Shown: positions 14,777 to 29,009 of the stretch, one piece after another
Position numbering within the stretch: the first letter of the stretch is position 1
Layout: each line of letters starts with the position of its first letter
The notes under the pieces: generated by a model
Seen by the model: only the letters and a program-made list of their open reading frames with translations
Databases searched by the model: none
Told to the model about the DNA's origin: nothing
Assembly: GCA_964016885.1 (NCBI GenBank)
Contig: OZ024741.1
Span: 290,532,001 to 290,596,000, forward strand
Source of the DNA: Eledone cirrhosa
Taxonomy: Eukaryota
Length of the DNA: 64,000 nucleotides
Direction of reading: 5' to 3'
Program-made: the position numbers and the translations under genes

Positions 14777-14786
14777 CCTTCTATAA

Positions 14787-14857
<71 letters not shown>

Positions 14858-14888
14858 GGTGTGTAGTATATATACATATATATATATA

Positions 14889-14982
<94 letters not shown>

Positions 14983-15618
14983 TATAATACATAAAACAAT
15001 GTTCGGCAAATGGGCAGCAGGAAGAAGAAATATCCTTAGCTTAAACTGTCTTACAAAACATTTATTTTTGAAATATCACAGATGAGATCAAAATAGCTGA
15101 CACTTAAGTCGTTGATTTGTTTGTATGTTTGTATTAGCTATTGTTATTTTTCAGATATTGAAATAAAGATAAAATAAAACATTATTCACATTTTCACATT
15201 TCCACAATACTCCTACCAAATATAATAAATCATTATGTAGACATTGGTGATTGTACCTTGATAAGATAGACATAAATTAAGGGTTGGGGCTATTGCAAGT
15301 TTTGTTTTTCTAGAAGTACACGAAAAATATGTCACCCTTCACTTATGTTTCTTTTCTTTCAAATGAAGGGTTCTGCCTGAAATGCTAGACTTCTCTATTT
15401 ATTCACAGCATTATGGTATTTGTATTGCTTTTTCCTGATGCTAAAAATCACTCTTTTCCTCAGATTTTACAGTTCTACTATATCATCTACGATTAACGAC
15501 ATCGGGCTATTTTCTATTGACATATTTTCATAGATGGAATAGAGCAAATTTTGTTAAAAAAACACGCAGCCTATCGAATGTGAAAACCTCATTTGAATTC
15601 TGCAATGGAGAACTTATT

Positions 15619-15895
15619 GGTACCCCAGTTCTTCAAGAGAAAGTTGAAGGTGTGGGATGCATGCTCAAAAACGGAAAATATCCAGGGTGGATAACATCTC
15701 ATCAGAGCTTTTAAAGCATGGAGTGCCAAACGTATAAGGCACTGACCGTTAGATGTCAGAGAAGTACGTATGGTTAACCCAGTTCTTCAGGGGAAAGTTG
15801 AATATGTGGGACGCATGCTCAAAGACGGAAAATCTCCAGAGTAAAGCATGGGGGCGAAAACGTATGAAGGCACTGACATTTACTTGTCAGAAGAT
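15619..15895. repeat. Diverged ~150-bp tandem duplication
   Basis: CCCAGTTCTTCA..GAAAGTTGAA..TGTGGGA.GCATGCTCAAA.ACGGAAA occurs twice. Confidence 0.7.
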
Positions 15896-16099
15896 ATGGG
15901 AAACGAAGTCGTGGCTAAATGTATGAACACAATCTTTGATGATGCCTATTCGCAAGAACAACAGCTAAAGCTCACCATCAGATAAAAAAGCATGCCGGGG
16001 CCATACGGAATGGGAATCAGCTAAGAAAAGAACAATATTTTGGTTAATAGTCATAATTAAACTACAGTAATGAACAACATGCAGGTAATCTCCGACTGA

Positions 16100-17020
16100 C
16101 ATTTGATAGGTTTGATACAAAGTACTGCATGGCTGAAAAGAAAATCAGTGCTGCGAAAACTGAGACATTCGTTCTGCCAAGGAAACCCGCAGTGCACTTT
16201 ACATGGGAATGGAATTCCACTGAAGCTTGTGGAAAAGTTCAAGTATCTCGGGGTCGTGTTCACGAGTGGTGGAATACAGGAGGCTGAATTAAGTGCCAAA
16301 ATTGCTGGCGCTGGTGCAGTAATGTGCCAGCTTCAGTATTCAGTAATCAGAAGAAGGGAGGTCGGTGTAAAAGCCAAATTCGCCATCTTCAATTCGGTAT
16401 TCTTTCCCACCTTTACATATGGTCATGAATCTTGGGTAATGACCGAAAGAATACGATCACGAATACAAGCTGTCGAAAAGGAGTTCCTCCGAAGGGTCTT
16501 AGAAGTAACGTTACTCGATAGAGTGCGTAGTTCGGAGATCAGAGAATCACTCTAATTAGAGCAGCTAATTCTACGAATTGAGAGATCACAGCGATCATAC
16601 TATTGACATGTGGTTAGAATGTCTCAGGAAAAAAATTCTGGACAGATTTTACGAGCAAATCCAACCAGCAGGAGACCCAGAGGTAAACCCCGAGCAAGAT
16701 GGTTAGATAACATCCATAGGCTTGGCTGCTCTGTTTTAGATCAGATGGAGACAGTTGCTTCTGACAGGACCCGTTGAGAACTCTGCCCCCACGACAGCAG
16801 CAGCAGTAACATCCTGAACGGAGAAAAACTCCAAAAAGTTGACATATTCAAGTTTCTAGGATCTTCTTTGACCAATAACAATAGGTTACAGGAGATAACG
16901 AAAATACTCGACCTGGCTTCTTTACCTTGAGGAGATTGAACATCATGGTAAAGCAACCCTATTTGTTTTCCTACGAGGTTCAAATTCTACAAGCCCCTGG
17001 TGATTTCGATCCTTCAGAAC
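16100..17020 (+). mobile_element. Decayed RTE-clade LINE 3' fragments
   Basis: VEKFKYLG, TYGHESW, FLRRV, RPRGKPRARW; a second fragment KVDIFKFLGS near 16830; internal stops. Confidence 0.8.
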
Positions 17021-17628
17021 ATAGTTGAATGAGAGTAATAAAGAGGTAGGCAAATAAAATCCTAGTAAGACCACACCAAGGACTGGACAAGTCACAGCAC
17101 TACGACCCTTCTATGCATGACAGAGTATAGAGACCAACGGAGACGACTAACTGCAAAACACAATCATATATATATCGTGAGAGAGACAGAAAGCGAGAGA
17201 GAGGGGGGGGGGGAGAGGGGGGGGAGTGACCTGGTGAAAGAAAAAATAGACTGAGATATGGAAAGTCAGAGAATGAGCTAGAAATTCTTAAACATATAAA
17301 TACGCACACACACACACACATATATATAATTATATATGTGTATGTATGTATGTATGTATGTATGTATGTATGTATGTATGTATGTATGTATGTATGTATG
17401 TATGTATGTATGTATGTATGTATATGTTCATGTGTGTGTATTATATCCTGGCTTCTGTGTATGAAGAAATAGACACACAACAGCATGTAGCGTATAAGGT
17501 AATGGCATAATCTGTTTGAAACAGAAGATTATATGGGAAATTAAGTGTGTTGTACTATGTAATAGCAGGCCCTGCCTCCCGCACATTCCCCACCATGTGC
17601 ATGTAAATGCACCCCGCTCTCCCTCACC

Positions 17629-17694
<66 letters not shown>

Positions 17695-17819
17695 TGTTGG
17701 AGATAGATATATTATATTTTATATATATACATATACGTACATGCTTACATACATACTCGCACGCACACACACACACCGTTGGTCGGCAATCCCCCCTCCC
17801 ACATCCACGATACAAATCA

Positions 17820-18233
17820 TGCCCTTAGACTTTTCAACTCTTTCTCCTTCCCTCCTGGTCCCTCCCCGCCTTCTCTTTACCCTGGACATCACTTCTCTCT
17901 ATACCGGCATCCCTCATGATGACGGACTCCTTCACCTTCACATCCACCCACGTTGTCTATGCCATCCGGTGTTCTTTTTGCGGGTCTTTATATATCGGAC
18001 AAATGGGATGCCGTTTGGCGAACCGTTTTGCCGAACATTTGAGGGACATACGACTTGGTTTGGATACTCCAGTCGCCCGTCATTTCTGTTCTCCTGGTCA
18101 TTCTTCCCTACATGTTTCAGTCCTGGGTGTCCTTTTACATCATGGAGCACAGGCCTCGCGCACCAGAAATGAACAAAGTCTAATTCACCGTTTTGTGTCC
18201 TATTCCCCTCTTGGACTCAACTCACCTCTCTAA
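17820..18233 (+). pseudogene. Internally deleted Neptune-like PLE: RT motif fused to GIY-YIG
   Basis: LFTLDITSLYTGIPHDDGL, then in another frame VVYAIRCSFC..LYIGQ..RF.EH..VARHF..GLN. Confidence 0.8.
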
Positions 18234-18436
18234 TTTCTCTAATACCCCGTCCATTATCACACCCCTAGATTCCTATCGCTTTCTCTTGATCATTAGCAGC
18301 TTCTCTTACTACTAATACATGCGGATACACACTCTTATATTAACATAGTTTTGCTCATAGCTTCGTACTTACATGCACACACACTCTTTCACTCACATAC
18401 ACACACACACTTCTTCTTAGCTTCGTACTGACCTAT

Positions 18437-18529
<93 letters not shown>

Positions 18530-18760
18530 CATGCTTACGCATGTGCTCAAGTATAGCTCTTTTTACAAAACGCTTTTTTTTCCATTTCAGGTAGATGCGT
18601 GCCATCATCCACTTTTCTAAAAAACAAATCATACACAAAACACCAGCACCAACAGTTTTGCAAGAGATGTCAACATGAATGGACCCGTTATTTTGTATCT
18701 AGAGCCATTTTTACAATTCCATCCCGCCCGTCCCCTCAATCTGTTTTGTTTCTCATTCTT

Positions 18761-18796
18761 TCTTCTGATGAAGGACTAGCGTCCGAAACGTTAAGA
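18761..18796 (+). ncRNA. Minimal type I hammerhead ribozyme (family L)
   Basis: TCTT-CTGATGA-A-GGAC(TAGC)GTCC-GAAACGTT^AAGA; palindromic ACGT stem III. Confidence 0.85.
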
Positions 18797-18880
18797 CCCT
18801 CTTTCTGCTATATCAAGCGTTAACCTAATATATACCTTCCATATACTGTACCGATTGTGTTGTTATTTCTATTTAGCTTT

Positions 18881-18933
<53 letters not shown>

Positions 18934-18990
18934 ATAATAATAAATTTGAAGACTAAAATCCAAAGAGTGCTCGATAAGGATAAATATATA

Positions 18991-19175
18991 TCCTGGAAAT
19001 ACTGCAATACCAGGCCCAATCCGTGACAGAGGCGGAGCAAGCCCCTAACTCTTCGCCTAATTATAAAAATTAGTTTAATATCGATGGTCCCATATAGAGA
19101 CCATATCAGATATTAAGCTGGCAAGAACAGACACTACACTTTAATCTTAGCCAAAAGGCAAGACCGAGAAGCGAT
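18991..19175 (-). pseudogene. U2: U2 snRNA retrocopy, near full length
   Basis: Minus strand ATCGCTTCTCGG(tcttg)CCTTTTGGCTAAGAT..GTGTAGTGTCTGTTCTT..TTAATATCTGATA, Sm-like AATTTTTA, GCTTGCTCCG, CCTGGTATTGCAGTA..TCCAGGA. Confidence 0.93.
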
Positions 19176-19189
19176 ATATATATATCAAA

Positions 19190-19620
19190 GGTATATATTG
19201 AGTTAGAAACTCAAAATAGTCACAATTAAATAGCTCAAGGAAAGACATTTTTCCGGGCCGTGTTATATAATTGAATATAAAAGAGAGATAAACACAGATA
19301 TATACATATATGTGTTCAAATCGTAAGGGACCAGATTCGCTAGGGTGAAAAAAATACTAACTATGAACAATAGGGTTTGCCAAACTCAATTTAAAAGAAT
19401 AAATTAAGAAAAAATAAAAAAACCGAAATTGTGACAACTATCGATAGTTGTCATAATTTCGGTTTTTTTATTTTTTCTTAATTTATTCTTTTAAATTGAG
19501 TTTGGCAAACCCTATTGTTCATAGTTAGTATTTTTTTCACCCTAGCGAATCTGGTCCCTTACGATTTGAACACATATATGTATATATCTGTGTTTATCTC
19601 TCTTGTATATTCGATTATAT
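19190..19620. mobile_element. Family H fold-back element (near-perfect palindrome, ~178-bp arms)
   Basis: Centre ACTATCGATAGT at 19442/19443; the left arm has an extra tail. Confidence 0.8.
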
Positions 19621-19631
19621 ATATATATATG

Positions 19632-19697
<66 letters not shown>

Positions 19698-19698
19698 T

Positions 19699-19769
<71 letters not shown>

Positions 19770-19772
19770 TAA

Positions 19773-20181
<409 letters not shown>

Positions 20182-20200
20182 CATACATGTATATATACAT

Positions 20201-20271
<71 letters not shown>

Positions 20272-20274
20272 AAC

Positions 20275-20473
20275 TTTAATTATATCTCGTAAAATGATAC
20301 AACTGGCTTTTCCACATAATACATATTGTTAGCACCCCAAACACTTAAATTGGGTTTATATTAAAATATAACCTAATGTTTGTTGAGTGAGATGGTTACC
20401 AGTCAGAGATTAGCTTTAAACTATCTCTGTTATTGTATTAATAATTTATATATATACACATACATATATATAC

Positions 20474-20546
<73 letters not shown>

Positions 20547-20549
20547 TAC

Positions 20550-20646
<97 letters not shown>

Positions 20647-20657
20647 CATATATATAT

Positions 20658-20727
<70 letters not shown>

Positions 20728-21380
20728 TATTATATATATATATATATATAAATATATATATAAATATTTAATTTGCCCGAGAAAATATCTGTGTGTGTCA
20801 TCAAATGTTGTACACACATAGATATTTTTTCAATTTTCAATTGAGTTTTTAGCACGTGATCTGAATTCCTTTCAGAGTTCATTGTCACGCGCATGTATTG
20901 TTTTTTTTTGGCGGTAATTCACTTCCTCATTTCTTGAATCAGTTCGAGCACTTCTTTCAGAACTGCTGGACTGGCTACCTGACAGAAAGTGATTATCAGG
21001 CACAGAAAGTGATTATCGCTAAATGCTGATGTTGGTTAGATTATCAATATTAGTATTATTGGGGCACCCACTGATGAATTATAGGAACCCACTTGAATAT
21101 ATATCTATTGATGGTATACAAGCTCCTACATAATTTGGCATAATTTCACCCAAATTGTAGGAGTCCTATAATGAAACGAGACGTCCGTCTGGGAAGAGAT
21201 ATATTAGATATGTCTCATTTGAAATAATACAACCAATTTTCCACGCAATACTTTTAGTTAGCACCCCGAACACATAATTGGGAATATAATCACTTATTTC
21301 CTAATGTTTGTTGAGTGAGTTGGAATTTGGCCGGAGTATCGCTAAAAACCTGTCTCCGATATTGTATTTATTATTATATA
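20275..21380 (+). repeat. Family K: two diverged ~170-bp direct copies (20275-20445 and 21205-21380)
   Basis: Shared GTTAGCACCCC.AACAC, CCTAATGTTTGTTGAGTGAG.TGG and TATTGTATT; both copies end in TA-rich runs. Confidence 0.65.
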
Positions 21381-22199
21381 TATAAATATATATACTTAGA
21401 TTAATAGGAGTTAGGTATTGTATACCCGTGTCCCATTAAGGTATTGGCAGCATAATAATTAGCTCTATGCTTTGGAGCAGAGCCGTATATATGATAAAGA
21501 ACACAAGAGCGTCTACAACATCAAAAGAATCCTTACGTAACCGTAGGATTCGTCAGAGCTATAAAAAGGGTTTGATTGGTGTTATGGACTCTACCAACCA
21601 AACATTCAAGAACAAAGAGTAAAGAGAGTAAAGAGCAAAAGTAGGGGACGATAAGTCTAATTTTGGTGCGGGAGGGTGGGGTGTGGGTCCTTGTTTACTA
21701 GCTGCGGTCATATTCATTCCCGGGAGTCGAGTGGTTAGCTGAACCATAGATGGGGTGGCGTCGATAGTATGGTGCAGAGGGTGTGCAGAGGCTACACAAA
21801 CACAAAGGGCATACAATATATATATATATAACGGAGGAGAAAGTACATGAGGTAATTAGAAATGGAAAAAAGAGTAATAATAATAATCTATAATTAATAA
21901 TGTATAATAAGGCATGGGGAAGATTACACTATAATAAGGTAAAATATAAAGTAGGATAAAAGTGAAAATAAGAATAAAGATAAAAAATATATATATAAAA
22001 AAATATATAGAGAATATGTAAAGAAATATAAGCAAGTATTTGAAGGGGAAAACACAATGTAAAAAAACCGATTTTTTCAAATAAGAATATTATAATTATG
22101 GGAGGAGAAAACGGGATAGAGAAATATGATCAAATGTGATTAGTTGAGAGAATATAAGATGATAATATATACTGGTACTCTTGAAATATATATAATAGA

Positions 22200-22231
<32 letters not shown>

Positions 22232-22389
22232 ATACTTTGGGAGGGTCATGTTGCCAATAAGAAACACACGCACCAGTTGCTTTCACTTCAATTTATTATA
22301 TATTTATAAATTTATAAATTTATAAATTTATAAATCTATAAATTTTTGGTTGGTTGGTTGGTTCCACAACCAGATAGTTGTTTATATAT

Positions 22390-22434
22390 AGTCATAGTTC
22401 TTTCGTCACACACTCTGTGACCTCTTCAGTGACT
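22390..22434 (-). ncRNA. Type I hammerhead ribozyme (family E)
   Basis: AGTCA-CTGAAGA-G-GTCAC..GTGAC-GAAA-GAACTA^TGACT. Confidence 0.85.
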
Positions 22435-22634
22435 GGGGATTCCTTTCTTTGTTTCTGTGCCTCTCCTTTGTTCTGTTCTACGCCATTTTGTTTCTGTGTG
22501 TGTGTTGTGTGCTCAGTCTGTGCATGCGCCACATCCGGGTGTCTGTGTGTGTTTATGTTCATTTATTTATTTGTTTATTTACATGTTACTGGTTGGTTGT
22601 TTGTTCTATGTGTGTGTGTGTTTTCATTTTGTCC

Positions 22635-23156
22635 TTAATTGTAAGTTGTGATGTTGCTGTTCCACTCATATTTTCTATTTAATTTTGGTTGTAATTCTTT
22701 TATGTTTATTGCCTCTGTAATTTGTCTAAACATTGCGTCTTTTCTGTGTGTAGATTCTATTTTTATTTCTATGTTCTCTAATTTACCCTTGTGTTCTATC
22801 TTAGTATGTTGGTAGAGTACAGATGATTCTTTATTATCTTGAAGGTCTCGCCAGTCTTCATTTATCCGTTCCCCTACACTACGAGCTGTCTCACCTATGT
22901 ACACTATATTTTTGTCTCTACATTGTCCTTCAGTACATCTTATGCTATACACTAGATTTCTAGTTTTACAGTTAATATGGGGGCTTATTTTACAGGTTAT
23001 ACATATCTTATCTATACATGAGGGTCTTTGAAAAGGGTATGTCTTGCTAATAAGTGTTTTTACGGAGGTACCTGGTCTTTCTACTATCTTAATATTGAGT
23101 TTATGTTTATGTAGGGCCCTTCTAAATTTGTAAGCTAATTCACCTCTAGGGGTTGT
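22635..23156 (-). pseudogene. PLE Zn-knuckle linker and GIY-YIG endonuclease (5'-truncated)
   Basis: VERPG, CxxxxCxxC, LVYSIRC, VYIGETARS..ER, EA..I....P.LNRK.EW; partly duplicated at 23157-23495 on the plus strand. Confidence 0.9.
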
Positions 23157-23695
23157 AACTGTAAAACTAGAAATGTAGTGTATAGCATAAGATGTACTGA
23201 AGGACAATGTAGAGACAAAAATATAGTGTACATAGGTGAGACAGCTCGTAGTGTAGGGGAACGGATAAATGAAGACTGGCGAGACCTTCAAGATAATAAA
23301 GAATCATCTGTACTCTACCAACATACTAAGATAGAACACAAGGGTAAATTAGAGAACATAGAAATAAAAATAGAATCTACACACAGAAAAGACGCAATGT
23401 TTAGACAAATTACAGAGGCAATAAACATAAAAGAATTACAACCAAAATTAAATAGAAAATATGAGTGGAACAGCAACATCACAACTTACAATTAAGGACA
23501 AAATGAAAACACACACACACATAGAACAAACAACCAACCAGTAACATGTAAATAAACAAATAAATAAATGAACATAAACACACACAGACACCCGGATGTG
23601 GCGCATGCGCAGACTGAGCACACAACACACACACAGAAACAAAATGGCGTAGGACAGAACAAAGGAGAGGCACAGAAACAAAGAAAGGAATCCCC

Positions 23696-23740
23696 AGTCA
23701 CTGAAGAAGTCACAGAGTGTGTGACGAAAGAACTATGACT
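23696..23740 (+). ncRNA. Type I hammerhead ribozyme (family E)
   Basis: AGTCA/TGACT helix I, CTGAAGA core, GTCAC/GTGAC stem II, GAAA. Confidence 0.85.
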
Positions 23741-23960
23741 ATATATAAACAACTATCTGGTTGTGGAACCAACCAACCAACCAGAAATTTATAGATTTAT
23801 AGATTTATAAATTTATAAATTTATAAATATATAATAAATTGAAGTGAAAGCAACTGGTGCGTGTGTTTCTTATTGGCAACATGACCCTCCCAAAGTATAA
23901 CAATATCGGTTTCAACACACGATTTCAGATAAAGAATCTTGCTAAACAAATTCAGAAACG

Positions 23961-24007
<47 letters not shown>

Positions 24008-24508
24008 TAGTGAAAGAATAAAGAGTAACATGGTTGGCTGTACAATAAGGGGCTTTATCTCAAGTACTCACAATTGTTTCATTGATCCGGTGAGTCTAGA
24101 GGTCGCTAATCTCTTGAAGTTGCGTCACTCGATCTCCAATACATTTTTACCTCTGATCAACACATCAGAGTACGTAGATATCTACGTACTCTGATGTGTT
24201 GATCAGAGGTAAAAATGTATTGGAGATCGAGTGACGCAACTTCAAGAGATTAGCGACCTCTAGACTCACCGTATCAATGAAACAATTGTGAGTACTTGAG
24301 ATAAAGCCCCTTATTGTACAGCCAACCATGTTACTCTTCATTCTTTCACTATTATTACTCCAAGTATAACCTGCATAGGAATTACGCGAATTCGCTGCAT
24401 AACTAAGGAAACATCTTGTTTAGTCAAACAAAGCCGTACGTTAAAACTATCCACGACGCAGTGTACTGACAACCTCTAACTGGATTACCTATAACGATAA
24501 CTTGTTAT

Positions 24509-24510
<2 letters not shown>
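24008..24510. mobile_element. Family F fold-back element (172-bp arms plus ~160-bp tail)
   Basis: Centre AGATATCT at 24179/24180; homologous to 44665-45170. Confidence 0.8.
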
Positions 24511-24605
<95 letters not shown>

Positions 24606-24607
24606 TT

Positions 24608-24655
<48 letters not shown>

Positions 24656-24746
24656 AAATAGGATATTTGTGTAATCTTCTTGCTTTAAATTCCGCCATTA
24701 AATGCTCATGTGCCAAGGACATTAGAGAGAGAGAGAGAGAGAGAGA

Positions 24747-24806
<60 letters not shown>

Positions 24807-25786
24807 GAGAGAGAGAGTGAGAGATAGAGAGAGAGGGAGAGCGAGATAGATAGATAGATAGATAGATAGATAAATAGATAGAGAGAGAGAGAGAGAGATG
24901 GCTCGTTGAATTAAACTTTGTACTGTCGGCAGTTACAACGCTTGTGGGATATATTTATGTGGAATTTCGATTGGTTTTATCCATGGTGGCATTTTGTGAA
25001 TTACCGAAATGACGGCAATTTACATTCAGCAACTTAATCTGGTTCTAGTAGTCATCACATGTTTTTTCATGTACACACTTCCTAATTAATGCGTTCGTAT
25101 AAAATGTCTGATGTCGTAGGATTTTAATTTTTTCTTGCTAGAGTGATTGCTCACATATCTATATATTAATTTCCACAATGTCAGTATTCCGTGTGTCATA
25201 ATTCTCGATTATCATTGGTTCATAGGTTTCAAACGACTCCGCCCACCTCAACGACGCCAAACTTAAATTAATATGCATAATGCCAATGAGCGAGTGAGAC
25301 GTGAGAGTAAGAAACAGAGAGGGAAAGTGTTGGATACACTATGTATATGTGTCAGTGTAGAGACATGTGTGTGTGTGTGATGTGTGTGGAAATAAGAGGC
25401 GAAGGAAAGCAATAACTATTAACATGTGTGCGTGTGTATGTACGTGCGCGTATGTTTATGTGTGTGTGCGTGCAGCGTTCCACAGAAAGTAAAATCTATC
25501 AACATGTGTGAGTGTGTGCGTGTGTGTAAGTGCACGGGTGCGTGTGTAATTTTGCGTGCGTGTGCGCGTTTCCATGCGTGTATGTGTGTGTACGTGCGGC
25601 GTTCCACAATCGCCACGCAGTTTATCTGTCTGTGTGCCTGTCTGTCAGTCTAACATACACAGAGTTGTGAAGGGAGTAAATTAGATAAGCATGTTATCCA
25701 TATCCATATTAATTTGGCATTTGTATAAACCATTTCAAGTAAATAGAGACCTTTTTTACATTGACGGACATCTTTTATATTAATTA

Positions 25787-26140
25787 TCTATATCTATATC
25801 TACATTAATATAAAAGATTGGAACATCCATCATCCTTTTGGAAACGTAGAACAACCACGTCTATGCAATGATACACGTTTTACAGTCAGGCAGAAGATGA
25901 ACCATCTCCTAGAGGTCACTATTCTAGGTGGGAGCACCTAGAATTGTTCATATACTATGCACAAACGGTACAACGAAGAATCTGGTATATCATGAATATT
26001 TTTTTTACTGTTTTTTGTATCACACAGACACCACGGACTCGCCTCATACTGTAACCAGACAAACATCCAATACAGTCATTTTCTTTTTCACCTGTCTTCT
26101 CTTATCTGTTTATCCGGGCGAAGCTGGGTACGTCAGCTAG
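25787..26140 (+). mobile_element. Non-autonomous Helitron
   Basis: 5' A|TCTATATC..TAATATAAAAG; 3' hairpin TATCCGG-GCGAAG-CTGGGTA followed by CTAG|T. Confidence 0.7.
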
Positions 26141-26941
26141 TGTTTTCCTAAATCTAAATACAGATCATAATATTTCTTAGCTATCTTAAGAAGTCATTTT
26201 AATTATCAATTGTGACGAGATAAAGCTGCTGCGTTACTCGTACCCATTTGAAAATGATTTGTAATTTTACAGTGGGTTCTTAACATTCCACGCACATTAT
26301 AATATGATTCAGTATATGATACTCCGTAAAAGATGGAATATATATTTTCTAGGTACTAACTTTTTATGTGGTTGAGGAGATAGGTGTTTGTCTCTGGTAA
26401 GTATTTGATTTACTCTGGCTAGTCGTTGCATACTAGTATCCCAAATGTAGTATCTAGTGACTTTGTTGAAGATGAACTATTTATCCTCTAGTCGGTTACG
26501 TTGATCTTACGACGTTAGGTAAGTTAACTGATTTCGTATTGATGTGTAAACACGGTGACGTTTGGGTTTTACTATGGCTTTTAGCACCCCAGGAAATTTA
26601 TTTTTGTCGGGCCTGTGTTCACTGTTACACTAAAATCGAATTAATGAACACTATATACATTATGAATATTTTTCACGGCGACGAACTCTTGCATTACATC
26701 CACGAACTAAAGCCACATGATTTGGAACAACCAATATATTAGACATAATCTGACGCCATTTTAGCTATATTCATAATTTCTAAAACCTTTTATTTAATAG
26801 TCTTCAATGCTCGATAAAACACGTATACTTTTAAGTTCTGAGTTATAACGCAGGAGAGACTAGAGTCTTGTACAATACATATATAATTAAACTCTACAGC
26901 ATGTATGTAGTACTGAAGCAAAGGCGTCTATGTATGTAAGT

Positions 26942-27049
<108 letters not shown>

Positions 27050-27068
27050 GTGTGTGTGTGTGTGCATT

Positions 27069-27145
<77 letters not shown>

Positions 27146-27759
27146 ATATATATATATATACAGTATATATATATGTATAATGCTTGTACTTTACGTATAT
27201 GTTATCATAAGTATGGCTGCATGCATCTCTCCCCACTCCTCTCTTTCTGCACACACACATACACACACACAGTCAAATCCAAGAATGCGCACACACACAC
27301 ATTTACTCTTTCTCTCTTTCTGTGTGTAGGGAAGTAGACACCTGTAAACCTTGTGAGTCATTATTTTCTCATTAGCCAAGTTAAATATGAAACATAAAAC
27401 TGTTAAAAGGAAATGAATGAAAATTCCTCCAAATGCTTAACTCCGTCACCTCTACCACCACCACTACCTTCACCACTTCTACCTCACACACACACACCTT
27501 CAATTAGAGTGGAAATTGATAAATTTCAAAATCTTATTTCAACCGCTTTTAGCCTTCCGTTTGCGCTACTTTTCTCCCTCCTTGTTTTCCTTTTCGTTTG
27601 CTTTATATGATTTGTGTGGGACGAGGTGTATATACTATAAATCTATACACCACGATTATATATATATACGATTGAATCATGTTTTTTTGTTTTTACTTTT
27701 GTTCTAATAATTTATTTTCTTTGAAATTCTTTTTTCATAATAATAATGGTTTCTGATTT

Positions 27760-27940
27760 TCTGATTTAGGGACAAGGTCAACAATTTTTGGGGAGGGGAA
27801 AGTCGATTAAATCGACCCCAGTGCGTTACTGGTGCTTTATTTTATCGACTGCGTAAGGATGAAAGACAAAGCTGACCTCGGTGGGATTTAAAATCGGAAC
27901 ATAAAGAGTTGAAACTTCATATAGCTAGGTATTTTGTCCG
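27760..27940 (-). mobile_element. tRNA-derived SINE
   Basis: Same core as 8160-8350, more diverged. Confidence 0.7.
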
Positions 27941-28169
27941 ATACGTTATGTTTTTCAATATATATTTCTCCAATGAATTCCAACAAAATTTCTATCGATA
28001 ATGTTTTCAATCACGGAGATGTGGTCAAGCTAAACATACTGTAGAACACACTTGGAAAATGTGTCGCAAAATGGTATCCTGCAAAACAATGTAATGTGAT
28101 TTGAACTGCTTAATCAAGCCAATATTTACGTCATAGAACTATATGCATGTACGCATGTATGCATGCATG

Positions 28170-28460
28170 CTCCCATAGCTCCTGAAGAATCGTAGGGCCG
28201 TTGTATTGACATCCGGTGTTTCTAGGGCATTTTAAAATCCTGGCGGCATCCATCTTCCCTCCTAGTCTGAATACAGCAGATTTCGTCCAGAGAATGATAG
28301 AGAGTGGGAGAATGGAAGTGAGAAAAGATCTAGAGGAAGATTCGATCCCAGTACCAGACTGGTACTTTTTTTATCGATTGCGAATAGATAAAAGGCAAAG
28401 TTGATCTCGGTGGGTTTTGAACACAGAGAGTAGAGAGCAGAAACGAAAACTGCAAAGCAT
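28170..28460 (-). mobile_element. SINE variant with a longer 3' part and (CATA)-like tail
   Basis: Similar to 39193-39525 and to the reverse complement of 49365-49655. Confidence 0.6.
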
Positions 28461-28956
28461 TCTATCTGTCAATTCAATGCCGTACCAATACATATACAAT
28501 TGGCTGGAATCACTAGATATATTTATAGTACTGAATATCATTGAAACAAATCAATATTAACGTACATGAAACATACAATTCATCTCATTTAAATAACAAT
28601 TTCTTTTATAATTCCTTTCTGTAATTGCTGTCTTCTGTTTGAGACTGATCAATGTTACCATTCTTTATAATAATATTCCAGATTTCTTACTGGATGATTT
28701 ACAGTCTTTATATAAAAAGGCTAATTATCGAGTACGGTGTAACGTGCATACGATGGTACACCGAAAAGTTCATAGGCTAATTATGAAGGAGTGAAGATAG
28801 TGCTTGGAAATATTGCATGCATTGAATTCAACTCTTTTATCTGTTAACAACTAAATTATTTCTTTCCAGGGACTATGGTGAAAAAGAAATCTCATTTGGT
28901 CATTCCACGAGAGTATATAGGTTACCATATAGATTTTCAGACGACAGCGTATGTGT

Positions 28957-29009
<53 letters not shown>

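Larger units (their letters stand above)
14421..14794. mobile_element. Family I retrozyme-like element: ~170-bp tandem unit with HHR plus inverted partial copy
   Basis: ACGTAGGTCCCGGG at 14421 and 14594; HHR copies at 14513, 14683 (minus) and 14726 (plus). Confidence 0.88.
22228..23961. mobile_element. Family E PLE (Neptune-like) 3' part as a head-to-head inverted pair
   Basis: Arms 22228-22973 and 23157-23902; GIY-YIG on both strands; tail to 23961; (TA)n flanks. Confidence 0.92.

Noticed and set aside
22635-23291. 218-aa ORF as a standalone nuclease gene
   Set aside because: The N-terminus is read-through of the opposite arm; it is a truncated PLE.
23881-23930. SECIS-like ATGA...AA...GA in the D/E module
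   Set aside because: Helix II does not pair.
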